From: Octopus sinensis
Lineage: Eukaryota
Direction: 5' to 3'
NCBI RefSeq assembly: GCF_006345805.1
Contig: NC_043005.1
Location: forward strand, 60,698,001 to 60,762,000
Length of the DNA stretch: 64,000 bases
A program made the position numbers and the translations under genes. Positions 15,152 through 27,465 of the stretch are shown one piece after another; within the stretch, counting starts at the first letter, position 1; each line of letters starts with the position of its first letter. Below the pieces are notes generated by a model that was given only the letters and a program-made list of their open reading frames with translations, did not search any database and was not told the origin of the DNA.

Positions 15152-15395
15152 CACATATTCTTGTATATTCATCAACTGAATAATTTCGGTTTTTGTTCTC
15201 TCTCTATTTACTTGTATACATGTATGCATGTATATATATATGTATACATACATACATACATACATACATACATACATACATACATACATACATACATACA
15301 TACACGCATATATATATATATATATATTTATATATATGCATGTATGTATGTATACATATATATATATATGTATGTATGTATATATATGTATGAAT
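15073..15395. repeat. (CA)n, (TACA)n and (TA)n microsatellite cluster
   Basis: Direct reading. Confidence 0.95.
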
Positions 15396-15783
15396 GTTGC
15401 ATATCTAACCCAAGCAGCTTCCTTTGTCTATTTGCATGATTTTTCCATATTTCCTAACCCTGCTATAGTCAATTGTAACCTGCGGACTTGGTTCCCGGTA
15501 AAAGTTATTTGAGACTAAGTTCAAATCATTTGAGAGGCTATTAAGTCTTTTCTGTATTGATAATATCTGCGTTTCGTCTGTTGACTTTATGTATGTGTGA
15601 ATGTCTGCAAATATATAAATGCAGGTATAAAAAGACTAAACTATAAACTGGTATTTGTAAATCTTCAGTTTATTTAAATCATATCTATACAGAAGTCGGG
15701 GCAATATATATATAGACATAGAAGGAAAGCAAGAAAATACAGAAGGAGAAGGGTCATACTGAATCGATGCAAATGAGTACAAA

Positions 15784-16156
15784 TCTTTATATATAAAGCT
15801 GAAACTGTCTGTGTGTGGCAGGCTTGGTAGCCTTCAACTAACACTATCTCCTCCGAGACCCTACGGCGGAAGTTGACCAAAATTAAGAGTATGATAGTAG
15901 AAGGCTTGCTCTTCATTCTGTAGAAGAAAAAAATTCAAATCGGACCATGTTAAGACCAAAAAGTATTTGCGTCAAAAAGGTGTGTTTTTTTTCTATGAAA
16001 ATCCCTATATTTTACGATTTTTTGACTGCTGTGTCGCCATTTCTCGGTGTATTTCAACCAAAAAAATGTTCACTTAAAGAGAATAACAAGCTACGTTATC
16101 AATTCTAAAGGGTTGACAAGAAAACAAACCCGAGCAACGTCGGGCTATAGTGCTAG
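15784..16156 (+). mobile_element. Non-autonomous Helitron (~373 bp)
   Basis: A|TC 5' end (TCTTTATATATAAA), subterminal hairpin cccga-gcaacg-tcggg (16129-16144), CTAG|T 3' end, no TSD. Confidence 0.8.
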
Positions 16157-16309
16157 TACAGGAAAATTACATAATAATGTCGTTTATGAGATTGAAGAGA
16201 ATTTGAGTGGCCATTCTCGTGGTAATGAAATGGAGAGGTAGAATCCATGTGATCACTGGTGAAAATGTCACAAGCGTTGGATAGTAGGTATATGTATGTA
16301 GTGACTTAC

Positions 16310-16365
16310 AACTATTAGGGGGAAGGGTAGGACCGTATTAGAAGTAGATCTCTGCATCATCATTC
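16310..16365 (-). CDS. Candidate internal exon (56 nt, phase 1/0): (R)MMMQRSTSNTVLPFPLIV
   Basis: gtgttatacag acceptor, GTT|gtaagt donor; phase bridges the neighbouring candidate exons. Confidence 0.4.
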
Positions 16366-16481
16366 CTGTATAACACACATGATATATTGGTATTTATATG
16401 TACATAGCAATGCGCGGGTGCACTCAAACACACACACCCACGCGCGCACACTCACATGTGTACACCTTCACAAATATAAAC

Positions 16482-16780
16482 TAAAGCCTTGTGAGTGGAT
16501 TTGGTAGACGGATACTGAAAGAAGCCCGTCATATATATGTATGTGCGTGCGTGTGTGTGTGTGTGTGTGTGTCTGTGTTTGTTCCCCCAACATCACCTGA
16601 CAACAGATGCTGGTGTGTTTACGTCACCGTAATCTAGCGGTTCGGCAAAAGAGGGCGATAGAATAAGTACTAGGCTTACAAAGAATAAGTCCTGGGGTCG
16701 ATTTCCTCGACTAAATGCGGTGCTACACCATGGCCACTGTCAAATGACTGAAACAAGTAAAAGAGTAAAATAGTAAAGAG
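16482..16780 (+). mobile_element. 5'-truncated octopus tRNA-derived SINE (OR-type, internal microsatellite)
   Basis: aaagccttgtgagtggatttggtagacgg...agaataagtactaggcttac...caaatgactgaaacaagtaaaagag; reverse complement of the 49459-49865 copy. Confidence 0.9.
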
Positions 16781-17499
16781 TATACACATTAGCTCTGAAA
16801 TATCTGAGGTACAAAGCAGTGTTTATTGTATGGTAGTGCTCCTTCTTTTAGTGGAAACGGCTGCGAGGTAATGAATTAATATAATTACATAAATTAATAA
16901 TTATATAACCATTTAATATATCGATAACTCTATAAAATATATCGTTAAAAATAATGGGTTATTAATTAAATACATTACGGTACTTTGTATTTTATTCTTA
17001 TTATATATCTGTATACGTGTATGTATGTGTTGATATGCGTGTGTGTGTGTGTCTTTGTGTGAGTGTGTGTTTATGCCCGTGTTTGTATGTGTGTGTGTAT
17101 TCAGTTTAAATGAGTCTTCAAAGACTGAAATTTATACATTTTTACATGAAAGGATTTTCAAAGGAAATTTGCGTGTACGTGCGCGCGCGTTCGTGTGTGT
17201 GTGCGTGTGTGTTTGCTTGTGTGAGTGTGTGTGAGCGCGCATGCATGAATTTAATGTTAATTGGTTAAAAAGTACTGGTGATAGTAAATAGCGCTGCATT
17301 CAATAGGTAACACCTTAAACATATGTGAATAAAGAAACAAGATGAAAAAAAATACATTTATACAAGACTCAGTTCTCAAGGGAAATTCAGGTTGGGGAGG
17401 ATAGCGTTAAGTTATCCATCCATGTAAACAGGCATTCAGTGATTTTTTTCAAAATATAATGAGTGACACAAAGGAAGAACAGCAGTAATAGAATCGCAG

Positions 17500-17547
17500 C
17501 CACTGCAGCCGCCGCAGTGGTAGCAGCAGCAGTAGAAGCAGCAGTAA

Positions 17548-17598
<51 letters not shown>

Positions 17599-17617
17599 CA
17601 GCAGCAGCAGCAGTAGC

Positions 17618-17652
<35 letters not shown>

Positions 17653-17658
17653 CAGTAG
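17500..17658. repeat. (GTA)n/(GCA)n trinucleotide tract
   Basis: Direct reading. Confidence 0.95.
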
Positions 17659-17757
17659 TTTTTTTAATTGAATCATGGGATGTCTGTTGTGATTATCTAA
17701 ACCTACGTCTTCAAGATCACCTGGGAGATGTGTTACAGCTGTATTTGAACTCCTTAC

Positions 17758-17855
17758 GTTTGCATATAATCCAGGTGGCAAGCTGCAGCTGTTCTTTCCA
17801 TCCACTGGATACCATCTTCTGCATCACTGAGACTTGAACAACTGATAATCTTTTC
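17758..17855 (-). CDS. Candidate internal exon (98 nt): KRLSVVQVSVMQKMVSSGWKEQLQLATWIICK (alternative frame EKIISCSSLSDAEDGIQWMERTAAACHLDYMQ)
   Basis: ttattgctattagattttag acceptor, AAC|gtaagg donor, two frames open. Confidence 0.5.
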
Positions 17856-18899
17856 CTAAAATCTAATAGCAATAACAATAACCATGTTTGTCAAATCTTC
17901 CCCCTTACGAGCAACTTCGCTGATGAAAAGCATGGCCACCCCTGCACTTAGGTAGTTTTAAATACATATAAGACTATATTATATAAATGTTTCCTTCCTC
18001 TACACAGGTAGACGGTTGTAGTGTTAAAGTGCTCTCCCTGCTATTTCTAGACTGTTCGGTTACTCGCTAGACGTACAATTCTTTGTAAAGAATGAAGGTG
18101 GCCAGAAAGTTGCAAAATCTAGATCAAACTATTATTTTCCTTCAAAAACAAAAACTTATTATTGAAAGATTTTTGTAATTTGAATAAAGTTCATTTGCTG
18201 CGTATATTTTGAAAATTTTTGTTGACTACCACTGGTGAATTAGTAATAGCCCTGAACAACACTTTATATTCATGCGATTGTATTTGTCTAAGTATACTTT
18301 TTAATAATCTTTTAGGACTTGTTGAATTCTTAGTATAAACCAAATTCCGATGTCGGATGTAGTCGAGACGGGTTCACTAGAATTAACATTACATCATCAG
18401 CAAAGAGTTTGGATGCTGTGTTTTAGAAATACTTTATGCATTATATGTGCTGTTGTGAATTTATCCATGTATGTATTTGATTTACAGGTGTATGCATATG
18501 TATATATATATATGTACATAAGCGTGTGCGTATGTGTGTTTATGTGTGTGTGGTTTAAGTATAACAGGTAAAAGATAAGTAATTTATCCACTCTCGCTTG
18601 AGCTCCTGGATTATGCATGAAATGCCAAATAACATTTAAAATGCCCATGGCTTCTGTTCCACTTGAAATGTAGGTTCACATAGTATATCCGCGATGATGA
18701 ATGAAGATGAAAATATATAAGCTTTATGTTATACTGAAATACTCAGAAGCCATTTTAATAAAACTAAAATCACTAACATTCTGTAGATCCAAAATGATAA
18801 AGATCTAAGCAAAACTATGAATTCTAAATTCGCTGGCAGTCAAATAGGCAAATTATCGCTGACAGTCAAATAGACAAGTTATCGACCACATCTCAATAT

Positions 18900-19280
18900 C
18901 TTTTACTTGTTTCAGTGACTGGTCTTGCCGGGCAGCATCTAGAAAAGATTTAGTCGAACGAATCAACCACAGCGTTTAAATTTTAAAGGATTATTCTATC
19001 CGGTTCTTTTACCAAACTGCTAAGTTACGGATATATCAACAAACCAACTCTGTTTGTCAGGTGGTGGTGGTGGTGGTGGCGGTGTGACCACAGAGACATA
19101 CACACATAAATATATACGTACGACAGGATTCTTTCAGTTTCTTTCTACCAAATCAATTTAAGCTAGGGTTGAATCGTGGCTATTGTAGAAGGCACTTGTC
19201 CAAGATACCACGTAGCGGGTTTGAATACGGAACCATGTCGTTGGAGAGCAAACTTCGTTCTACGTAACTAAGCCTGCATC
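18900..19280 (-). mobile_element. Degenerate OR-type SINE
   Basis: ttttacttgtttcagt...gctaagttacgg...ctaccaaatc...gtagaaggcacttgtccaag...ggaaccatg. Confidence 0.75.
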
Positions 19281-21269
19281 ATGAAATCTCCTTTAACAGT
19301 ATTTCTTTTGTGAATGTTTGCTTCTTTTGAGTCAAGATTTTAAGAGAATCATCAATTCATAGATTACCCGATTGAAAAATTACTGGACAATCAGTTTAGA
19401 ATTTATTGAAAAATTATAGTGGGATGTTTACTACATGAAAAACATATATTTGCATATGGAGAAACACATTTAGATTCAAGCTAGCACGAAATATTTAAGC
19501 ACCTCAAATTAAACCCTTAATGAGAAAGAAAAAACGGTGATATTAACGTTAATGACAATTCTTTTAAAAAGAATGAAAGAGAGGAGGAGAAAACTGCAAA
19601 ATTTCAACTCTTAACTGCGGTGCTAAATTTCCTTTATAGCTAAAACACTTAACTATCAATAATCCACTACAAGGCTGGATGAAGAATCAGTACTCGGGAA
19701 TTTACGATAGAAACTTTAGTTAGTTTTTTTTTTGTTTGTTATTTTGTTTTTCTAGTGTTGATTTACACTTCTGCCCGCAAGAAAATTAATGCTCAATAAA
19801 CTGACATTATGTTATGGTTCGCGTTTAATCTGCTTAATTCAAAACAAATGCAGTGAAATCCAATTCATAGAAAATTGGAAATACGTGTGAGGAAGAACAA
19901 ATAGCAGAACAAATTAAAATCTGCTCCTGTAAGATTTGATTACTCTCGTTAATGATGTCAATCTTGACACTTGTTGCAGTGAAGTATACGGAATGGAATG
20001 CAGTTATTTGCTGCTAATTGGACTGATCCACTGAGATTTAAATATATTAGCCACATGTCCTGTGTAATTGCAATGACAGAATACAAGCTATCGAGGGGCC
20101 AGACTAAAGACTCAAATCATATCCTCTCTATCATGTATGGTTCACTGCGGCTGGAAATAGTTACTCAGTTCCAAGATAATTTGACGTATTCATTAGTGAG
20201 TATTGGAATAATATCCATTCACAAAAGCGTGCTGACACATTTTCAAACACACATATATAGATACGTGTATTCAAACACAGGGACACTTATATTCACCTAT
20301 ATACGCATAAATATTCAAGCAAATACACACGCTTCTTCAAAAACATACCAACGCTTCATTAAATTCATGCACATACATATTCAAATTCATACACATACAC
20401 ATTAACACCAACACTAACGTCTTAAAAGAACACGTATTTTAATATATATTTAGTAAATACTTTCGAAGCAATAAGTGGTAACTTCCTCAGACTAAATACT
20501 ACAAACATAAGAACATTTCTATTATATTCCACTGTTCCGCAGAGTTTCTTAATCTAATGTAAAAACACAGATATACCTAACTATGATTAGGCAGATATTA
20601 TTTGATATTATATTACGTTAATTCAGAATATTTCAGATCGTAGGGAGCAATACGTTAGTCACAAATACTGTGTATCCTATAGAAATTGAAATATTGAGAC
20701 ATTCATGAGAAGAACAGCAGCAAGTACATCAACGGAATTAGAAAGACTCTTTGCAGTTAAATGTTATGTTCAATTGATCAGACAAGCATTTCTAAATGAA
20801 CATCTTACTATCGTCAAACTATATTCCCTTAACGGACCAAAAGCTTATTCTTTACCTGGTCGATCCATATGTTGCTAAATAGCACAAAATTATACCTCGG
20901 GTTGAGATAGTTTTTTCCTTGTCTTAGGATGAAAAGAATATGTTCGATAAATTTGGATGTTGATAAAAGCGATCGATAAGATGATTTGCCGTGATAAAGT
21001 AATGTATATAACATTATAGGCTGTTGCTCCACATCGGTGAAGAGAAAGAGAGAAAATAAAAGTGATGCAACCATGGATTAATGCACGTAGTTAATAAGAC
21101 CGACAAGGTGATCACAGCCGGAATTCCATTGATCTGTAGATCTTCTCAGTAGTAGTTCATATGCGGCTCGTACAAAACACCTGGTACTAAATACCTTGGA
21201 CCTATTTACAGGCAATATGTTCAGTGCTAGAACAACTAATATGTATATCAAATTCTTTTAAAGTCTTAC

Positions 21270-21355
21270 CGCTGATCTGACTGAAAACAACAGCACAACA
21301 TGCTGCAAAATTGATATCGAATACGTAAATAGAACCTATTCCTGGCGGTTGCCAT
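21270..21355 (-). CDS. Candidate exon: MATARNRFYLRIRYQFCSMLCCCFQSDQ(R), or a 33-nt exon 21270-21302
   Basis: GCG|gtaaga donor; ggcATGg start context at 21355, or ttttgcag acceptor at 21303; ends in phase 2, compatible with the 17855 exon. Confidence 0.4.
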
Positions 21356-21796
21356 GCCCGCAGTAAAGTAGAATGGTTAACAATACTAATCAATAGTCTC
21401 ATAGATTATTGAGAGATAAAGATAAGCTTCTCAACGAATCTGACATAAATTAAAATGCCACATTCGAATATATAAAACATTATATATATATGCTAGTGTG
21501 TGTATATGTGTATTTATGTATACACATACATATGTATATATACAAGTAGGTATGTTGGTTGTATAAGATTTATATGATTTTATTATGGAGATGAGAATTT
21601 TTTCGATCGGCGTAAAAAGGAAGTAATGTCAATTGGATATAACATCTACAACTACGACATCCATGACAGAAGAATGAAGTAATCCCATTAAAAGTTATGA
21701 AGCGAACAAAAAGGATGTCGATAAACCAGTTATATCATTGTTGGATAAGATATATAAAATATAATAAATCAAAATTTTGACATTTCAGAAGAAATA

Positions 21797-23170
<1,374 letters not shown>

Positions 23171-23261
23171 ACAGACGACAGAAAAGGGAACAGGAAGTTG
23201 GATTTACCGTACCTAACTGCAATATATATATATATTATATGTGTACCTATGAATATATTAT

Positions 23262-24020
23262 AAGGGGGATCAGCCATCTGAATGTGGCTAGGGTCAGGTT
23301 TCGAGGTTATTGCCTCTTGTCAACGTATGGTAAGCACCGCTCTTCGTTGAGTGACTTCCTCTACAGGCTGGATATATAGGGATTTTCACAGTAACCACAG
23401 TCACTGGCGTAGAAAATCCGTTCGAAAACAATAAATCTCTGAGCGAGATATAAACAGTAACTGCTCTATAACATAAGGGGGATCAGCCATCTGAATGTGG
23501 CTAGGGTCAGGGTGGGGTGGTGGGGATGTTACTGATGCATTTAGCCCCAGGCGATCATCAACGTCACCAGAAGGGCCGACACCATCTCGGTGTCCTTGCC
23601 AGCCTGCTAAGGGAGATCAGCCTCCCCGAAGATACGGATACTACATACGGACCGGTTTCGAGGTTATTGCCTCTTGTCAACGTATAGTAAGCACCGCTCT
23701 TCGTTGAGTGACTTCCTCTACAGGCTGGATATATAGGGATTTTCACAGTAACCACAGTCACTGGCGTAGAAAATCCGTTCGAAAACAATAATAAATCTCT
23801 GAGCGAGATATAAACAGTAACTGCTCTATAACATAAGGGGGATCAGCCATCTGAATGTGGCTAGGGTCAGGGCGGGGTGACGTCGATGATCGCCTGGGGC
23901 TAAATGCATCAGTAACACCACCACCACCCCGCCCTGACCCTAGCCACATTCAGATGGCTGATCCCCCTTATGTTATAGAGCAGTTACTGTTTATATCTCG
24001 CTCAGAGATTTATTATTGTT
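23262..24020 (-). mobile_element. Retrozyme-like / non-autonomous Penelope pLTR insertion: ~357-360 bp tandem unit plus 5' inverted segment, 14-bp TSD
   Basis: Unit repeats at offsets of 357 (23297/23654) and 360 (23473/23833); 23878-24020 is an inverted copy; tatgaatatattat at 23248-23261 and 24021-24034; contains a hammerhead. Confidence 0.85.
23639..23689 (-). ncRNA. Type I hammerhead ribozyme, U3-A8 variant, minimal palindromic stem III
   Basis: Minus strand: UACUAUACG UUGACAA GAGG-caauaa-CCUC GAAAC-CG-GUC^ CGUA-ug-UAGUA; all stems pair; predicted cleavage between 23650 and 23649. Confidence 0.85.
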
Positions 24021-24043
24021 TATGAATATATTATTGTATATAT

Positions 24044-24085
24044 ACTAACATTAAAGACCCGTCGTTGCCGGGTCATAGTGCTAGT
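24044..24085. repeat. 42-bp palindrome resembling a Helitron 3' end on both strands
   Basis: actaacattaaagacccg-tcgttgc-cgggtcatagtgctagt; compare 16128-16157. Confidence 0.55.
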
Positions 24086-25027
24086 GCATGTATATATGTG
24101 TATATATATATGTGTACATATTACATGTACATCTATATATATATATCTACACATAAAATACAAAAATACAAGGTTATAACAGACTGATATTGTTAGCCCG
24201 TCTCCTGTAATTTCGATCAATTGTATCTTGTCCTCCCTCTTGTATAGAAGTGTGGCTACAATCCAGCCTACCTCAACTTCTGGGGTAGGGGGCATTTTTA
24301 ATTTTTTTCCGGGACATCCTACGTCCCAGATATAAGGGTAAAAATAAAATATTTCCACTTTGCAAGTTCGAGTCGGGTACTCACTTGCACGCTCCGTTGA
24401 CTCGAACCTTGCTGCTATTGTGGGGAATTTACGCCTCTGATTAAATACCTTTCATAGTCGCACCAAGACACTTTTCGAAGGTGCTTTTCTCCAGGTGTTC
24501 AAATCTTCTTTTTCTCTACATTGTATACTTTATAGATAATAATCTTTTCTTTAATTTAATTTTTTATTATCCATCTGGACTATTCCATTTCTGCACGCTA
24601 ATTTTATTTTAAATGTATTCCCATTCATGTGAAACCACTTATTCAAGTTCAAATCATTGATGCAATTTTATACCAATACCTATTTTTACTTTTGCTATGT
24701 TACGACTATATTATACTTTAGTTTGATTTTAATTATTACTTACTACATATAATTGAATTGTTATTATTACTTTTATTGTTAAAGTGAAAGTATCTGACAT
24801 AAAATAGAGAAACGTTTTTGTTTCACTTTTAACACGCAATAATGAAATAGTGGAGAAGATATGATATTGCTACGGGCTCGCTCTAGGCAAGAAGTTAGAC
24901 ATTTTTTTGCCCATGAAACTACATGGACCCTAAGTAAGGCATGTTAAAATTTGAATGGAATTGGTTGTGTAGTTCTCAATTTTTAGGGAAACACACAGAC
25001 AAACAGACAGACACACATTCTCAATTT

Positions 25028-25061
<34 letters not shown>

Positions 25062-25080
25062 ATATATATATATATATATC

Positions 25081-25737
25081 ATATTAAATTAGAGATAAAA
25101 CCACTATTAGGCAAATCAAACATGAAAAACATAAGCCAATACATAAAATTAATTTAATTTATATTTTAAATATATATCAAAAGTATTAAAAGTTTATAAA
25201 ATATAAAGAGTAAAACACTACAATCGTTTCATGGCTGTACAATTCGAATAACAATAATTTAAATTCAATTAATAATTCAAGTTATGGTTACAGTCAATCT
25301 TCAGGTTAATTGAAATATCTAAAAAATACTCAGAAATATTTAAACAATATTTTTAAGATAAAATAGTCGATTTTGATATAATCATAATTGTTAAGTTTTA
25401 TGTTTCTATTTTGATAATGGAGTTTATTATAAGTAAAATTATTATATTATTTATATCTTAAAAATATTGTTTAAATATTTCTGAGTATTTTTTAGATATT
25501 TCAATTAACCTGAAGATTGACTGTAACCATAACTCGAATTATTAATTGAATTTAAATTATTGTTATTCGAATTGTACAGCCATGAAACGATTGTAGTGTT
25601 TTACTCTTTATATTTTATAAACTTTTAATACTTTTCATATATATTTAAAATAATATAAATTCAATTAATTTTATGTATTGGCTTATGTTTTTCATTGTTT
25701 GATTTGCCTAATAGTGGTTTTATCTCTAATTTGATAT
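25081..25737. repeat. Fold-back: ~280-bp near-identical inverted arms (25081-25360 / 25454-25737) with a decayed hammerhead-like core
   Basis: Arms are reverse complements; CTGAAGA 25510-25516 ... GAAAC-GATT-GTA 25584-25595; (TA)n-type flanks; the arm end is homologous to 32120-32215. Confidence 0.85.
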
Positions 25738-26005
25738 AATATAATATAATATATTTATACTATAAAATTGGATTTAATCCTAAATCTGATTTTTCACTGT
25801 AAGTTTGGATTTATTCCCTAATATTTTATTATATATATATGCAAATGTCTGTGTATCTTTTTATGTATGTATATATGTATGCATGTATCTATGTATCTAT
25901 CTGTCTGTCTGCCTAACCGTTTCTCAATTTTATCTAGGATCAGACTGGGAAAATGGCATTCAATATTTCTACTAATTGGTCTGTTAATATCTATACATAC
26001 AAAAG

Positions 26006-26140
26006 ACGGCGAGTTGGCAGAAACATTAGCCCAGCGTCCGAAATACTTAGCGGTATTTCGTCTGCCGTTATGTTCTGAGTTCAAATTCCCCCGAGGTCGA
26101 CTTTACCTTTTATCTTTCCGGATCGATTAAATAATTACCT
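26006..26140 (+). mobile_element. OK-type SINE, 3'-truncated
   Basis: ggcgagttggcagaaac...gttctgagttcaaattcccccgaggtcgactttacc. Confidence 0.85.
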
Positions 26141-26169
26141 GTGAGCAATAAAGAAATACATATATATAC

Positions 26170-26985
26170 ATGTACACATGCATGCATTCATTTAACCAAA
26201 TTCCCACAATCACTACTGAGTGCTATTGAACACCTGACCAAGACTTGGTACACCACTTTTGTTCTTAGGAGGGATAGGGATCAAATTGAGTCGGACAGCA
26301 TTCACTACGAAATGGGTATTTTTCAAGGTGATTGCCTGCCGGCGTTGCTCGTCGACATGTCATGAAATCCACTATCGTACCTGCACATAAATCATAGTAG
26401 CCATAGAAATGGATCCTGAAGTATCTCACTTCTTTTTTTTTTTGGTCCACTAAATTAAACTGTATGGGTCAATTATCAACCATACAAAAATGCATTTGAA
26501 CCTCATTACCCAATTTTTACAGAATGCACAATGAAATTTGAGGTGTCCTGAAGTGCATTTTTGACAAAGAAACGTGGACATATTGTGCCTTTCTCTGAAA
26601 ACCTAAAAATGAAAGGGTTGACAAAATATCTACAGCTAGGTGACATTTATACGTATTTTGCTCAAGATAAGAATGTCAGTAATGATGAACACATAAATGA
26701 GAGGACCAGGATAGTAAGGAAAATATAGTCATGAGACTTCTTAGTTTAGAACAAGCATATTGTCAACAACACTGTTGCTGTTCCTGTCCTCACAACTACG
26801 TTTGGCCTTCTCAACTGGTCACTTAAATAACTGAATGAGATATTCAAATTTGCAAGCTGCTCAGTGTTGCGGGAAAGTTCAACATCAGTTGGCAACGTTA
26901 TGAAGTAACTCCGAGCCCTTAGAAGCAGCTGTCGAACTTGTAACGCCTTCTCTTTCATTCTTCGAGTCAATGTTTTCTGAATAAG
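26170..26985 (+). mobile_element. R4/Dong-like non-LTR retrotransposon RT fragment (pseudogenised)
   Basis: KTWYTT...YEMGIFQGDCL, decayed HLFF.DDLKLYG and MKF/YLG segments. Confidence 0.75.
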
Positions 26986-27153
26986 TCTGCTCTCTCTCTC
27001 TATATATATATATATACATTTATACTTGATTGTTAATCATCTCCTTTTACACGTAAACGTGTATGTATATTAAAACCCAAAGTTTTATCTGTTTATTTGA
27101 ATCATTCTCTCTCTCTCGACCTCCCTCTCTCTATATATACGTGTGTGTGTGTG

Positions 27154-27465
27154 TGGAGGCGCAATGGTCCAGTGGTTAGGACAGCGGACTCGCGGTCGTA
27201 GGGTGGCGGTTTTTATTCTCAGACCGGGCGTTGTGAGTGTTTATTGGGCGAAAACACCTAAAAGCTCCACGTAACTCCGGCAGGGGACGGTGGTGATCCC
27301 TGCTGTACTCTTTCACCACAACTTTCTATCCTTCTTTCTTCTGTTGGCCTGCTCGCTTAGCCAGCGGGGTGGCGTTATTCGAAGGCTAAAACAATGCGAA
27401 CGCATTGTGACCAGCGATGTGTAGCAGCATCTGATGATCTAATCGGGCACATGATCACGTGATAT
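27154..27465 (+). mobile_element. tRNA-derived SINE (third family)
   Basis: ggaggcgcaatggtccagtggttaggacagcggactcgcggtc tRNA-like head with A box; flanked by microsatellites. Confidence 0.8.

Noticed and set aside
17449-17837. Poly-Leu / poly-Val-Ala ORFs
   Set aside because: Trinucleotide microsatellite; only the 17758-17855 segment has splice-site support
23297-23335. Second hammerhead in the first tandem unit
   Set aside because: Truncated by a deletion at gg microhomology; it lacks GUC and the stem I 3' strand
23600-23632. ctgctaag-ggag...ctcc-ccgaag as a plus-strand hammerhead
   Set aside because: Core deviates (CUGCUAA, GAAG) and there is no stem I or III; the minus-strand fold explains the region
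23262-24020. CRISPR-like or protein-coding interpretation of the repeats
   Set aside because: Units are ~360 bp with no unique spacers, the context is eukaryotic, and the ORFs are short and without motifs
27154-27230. Bona fide tRNA gene
   Set aside because: tRNA-like head without a closable cloverleaf, continuing into a SINE body
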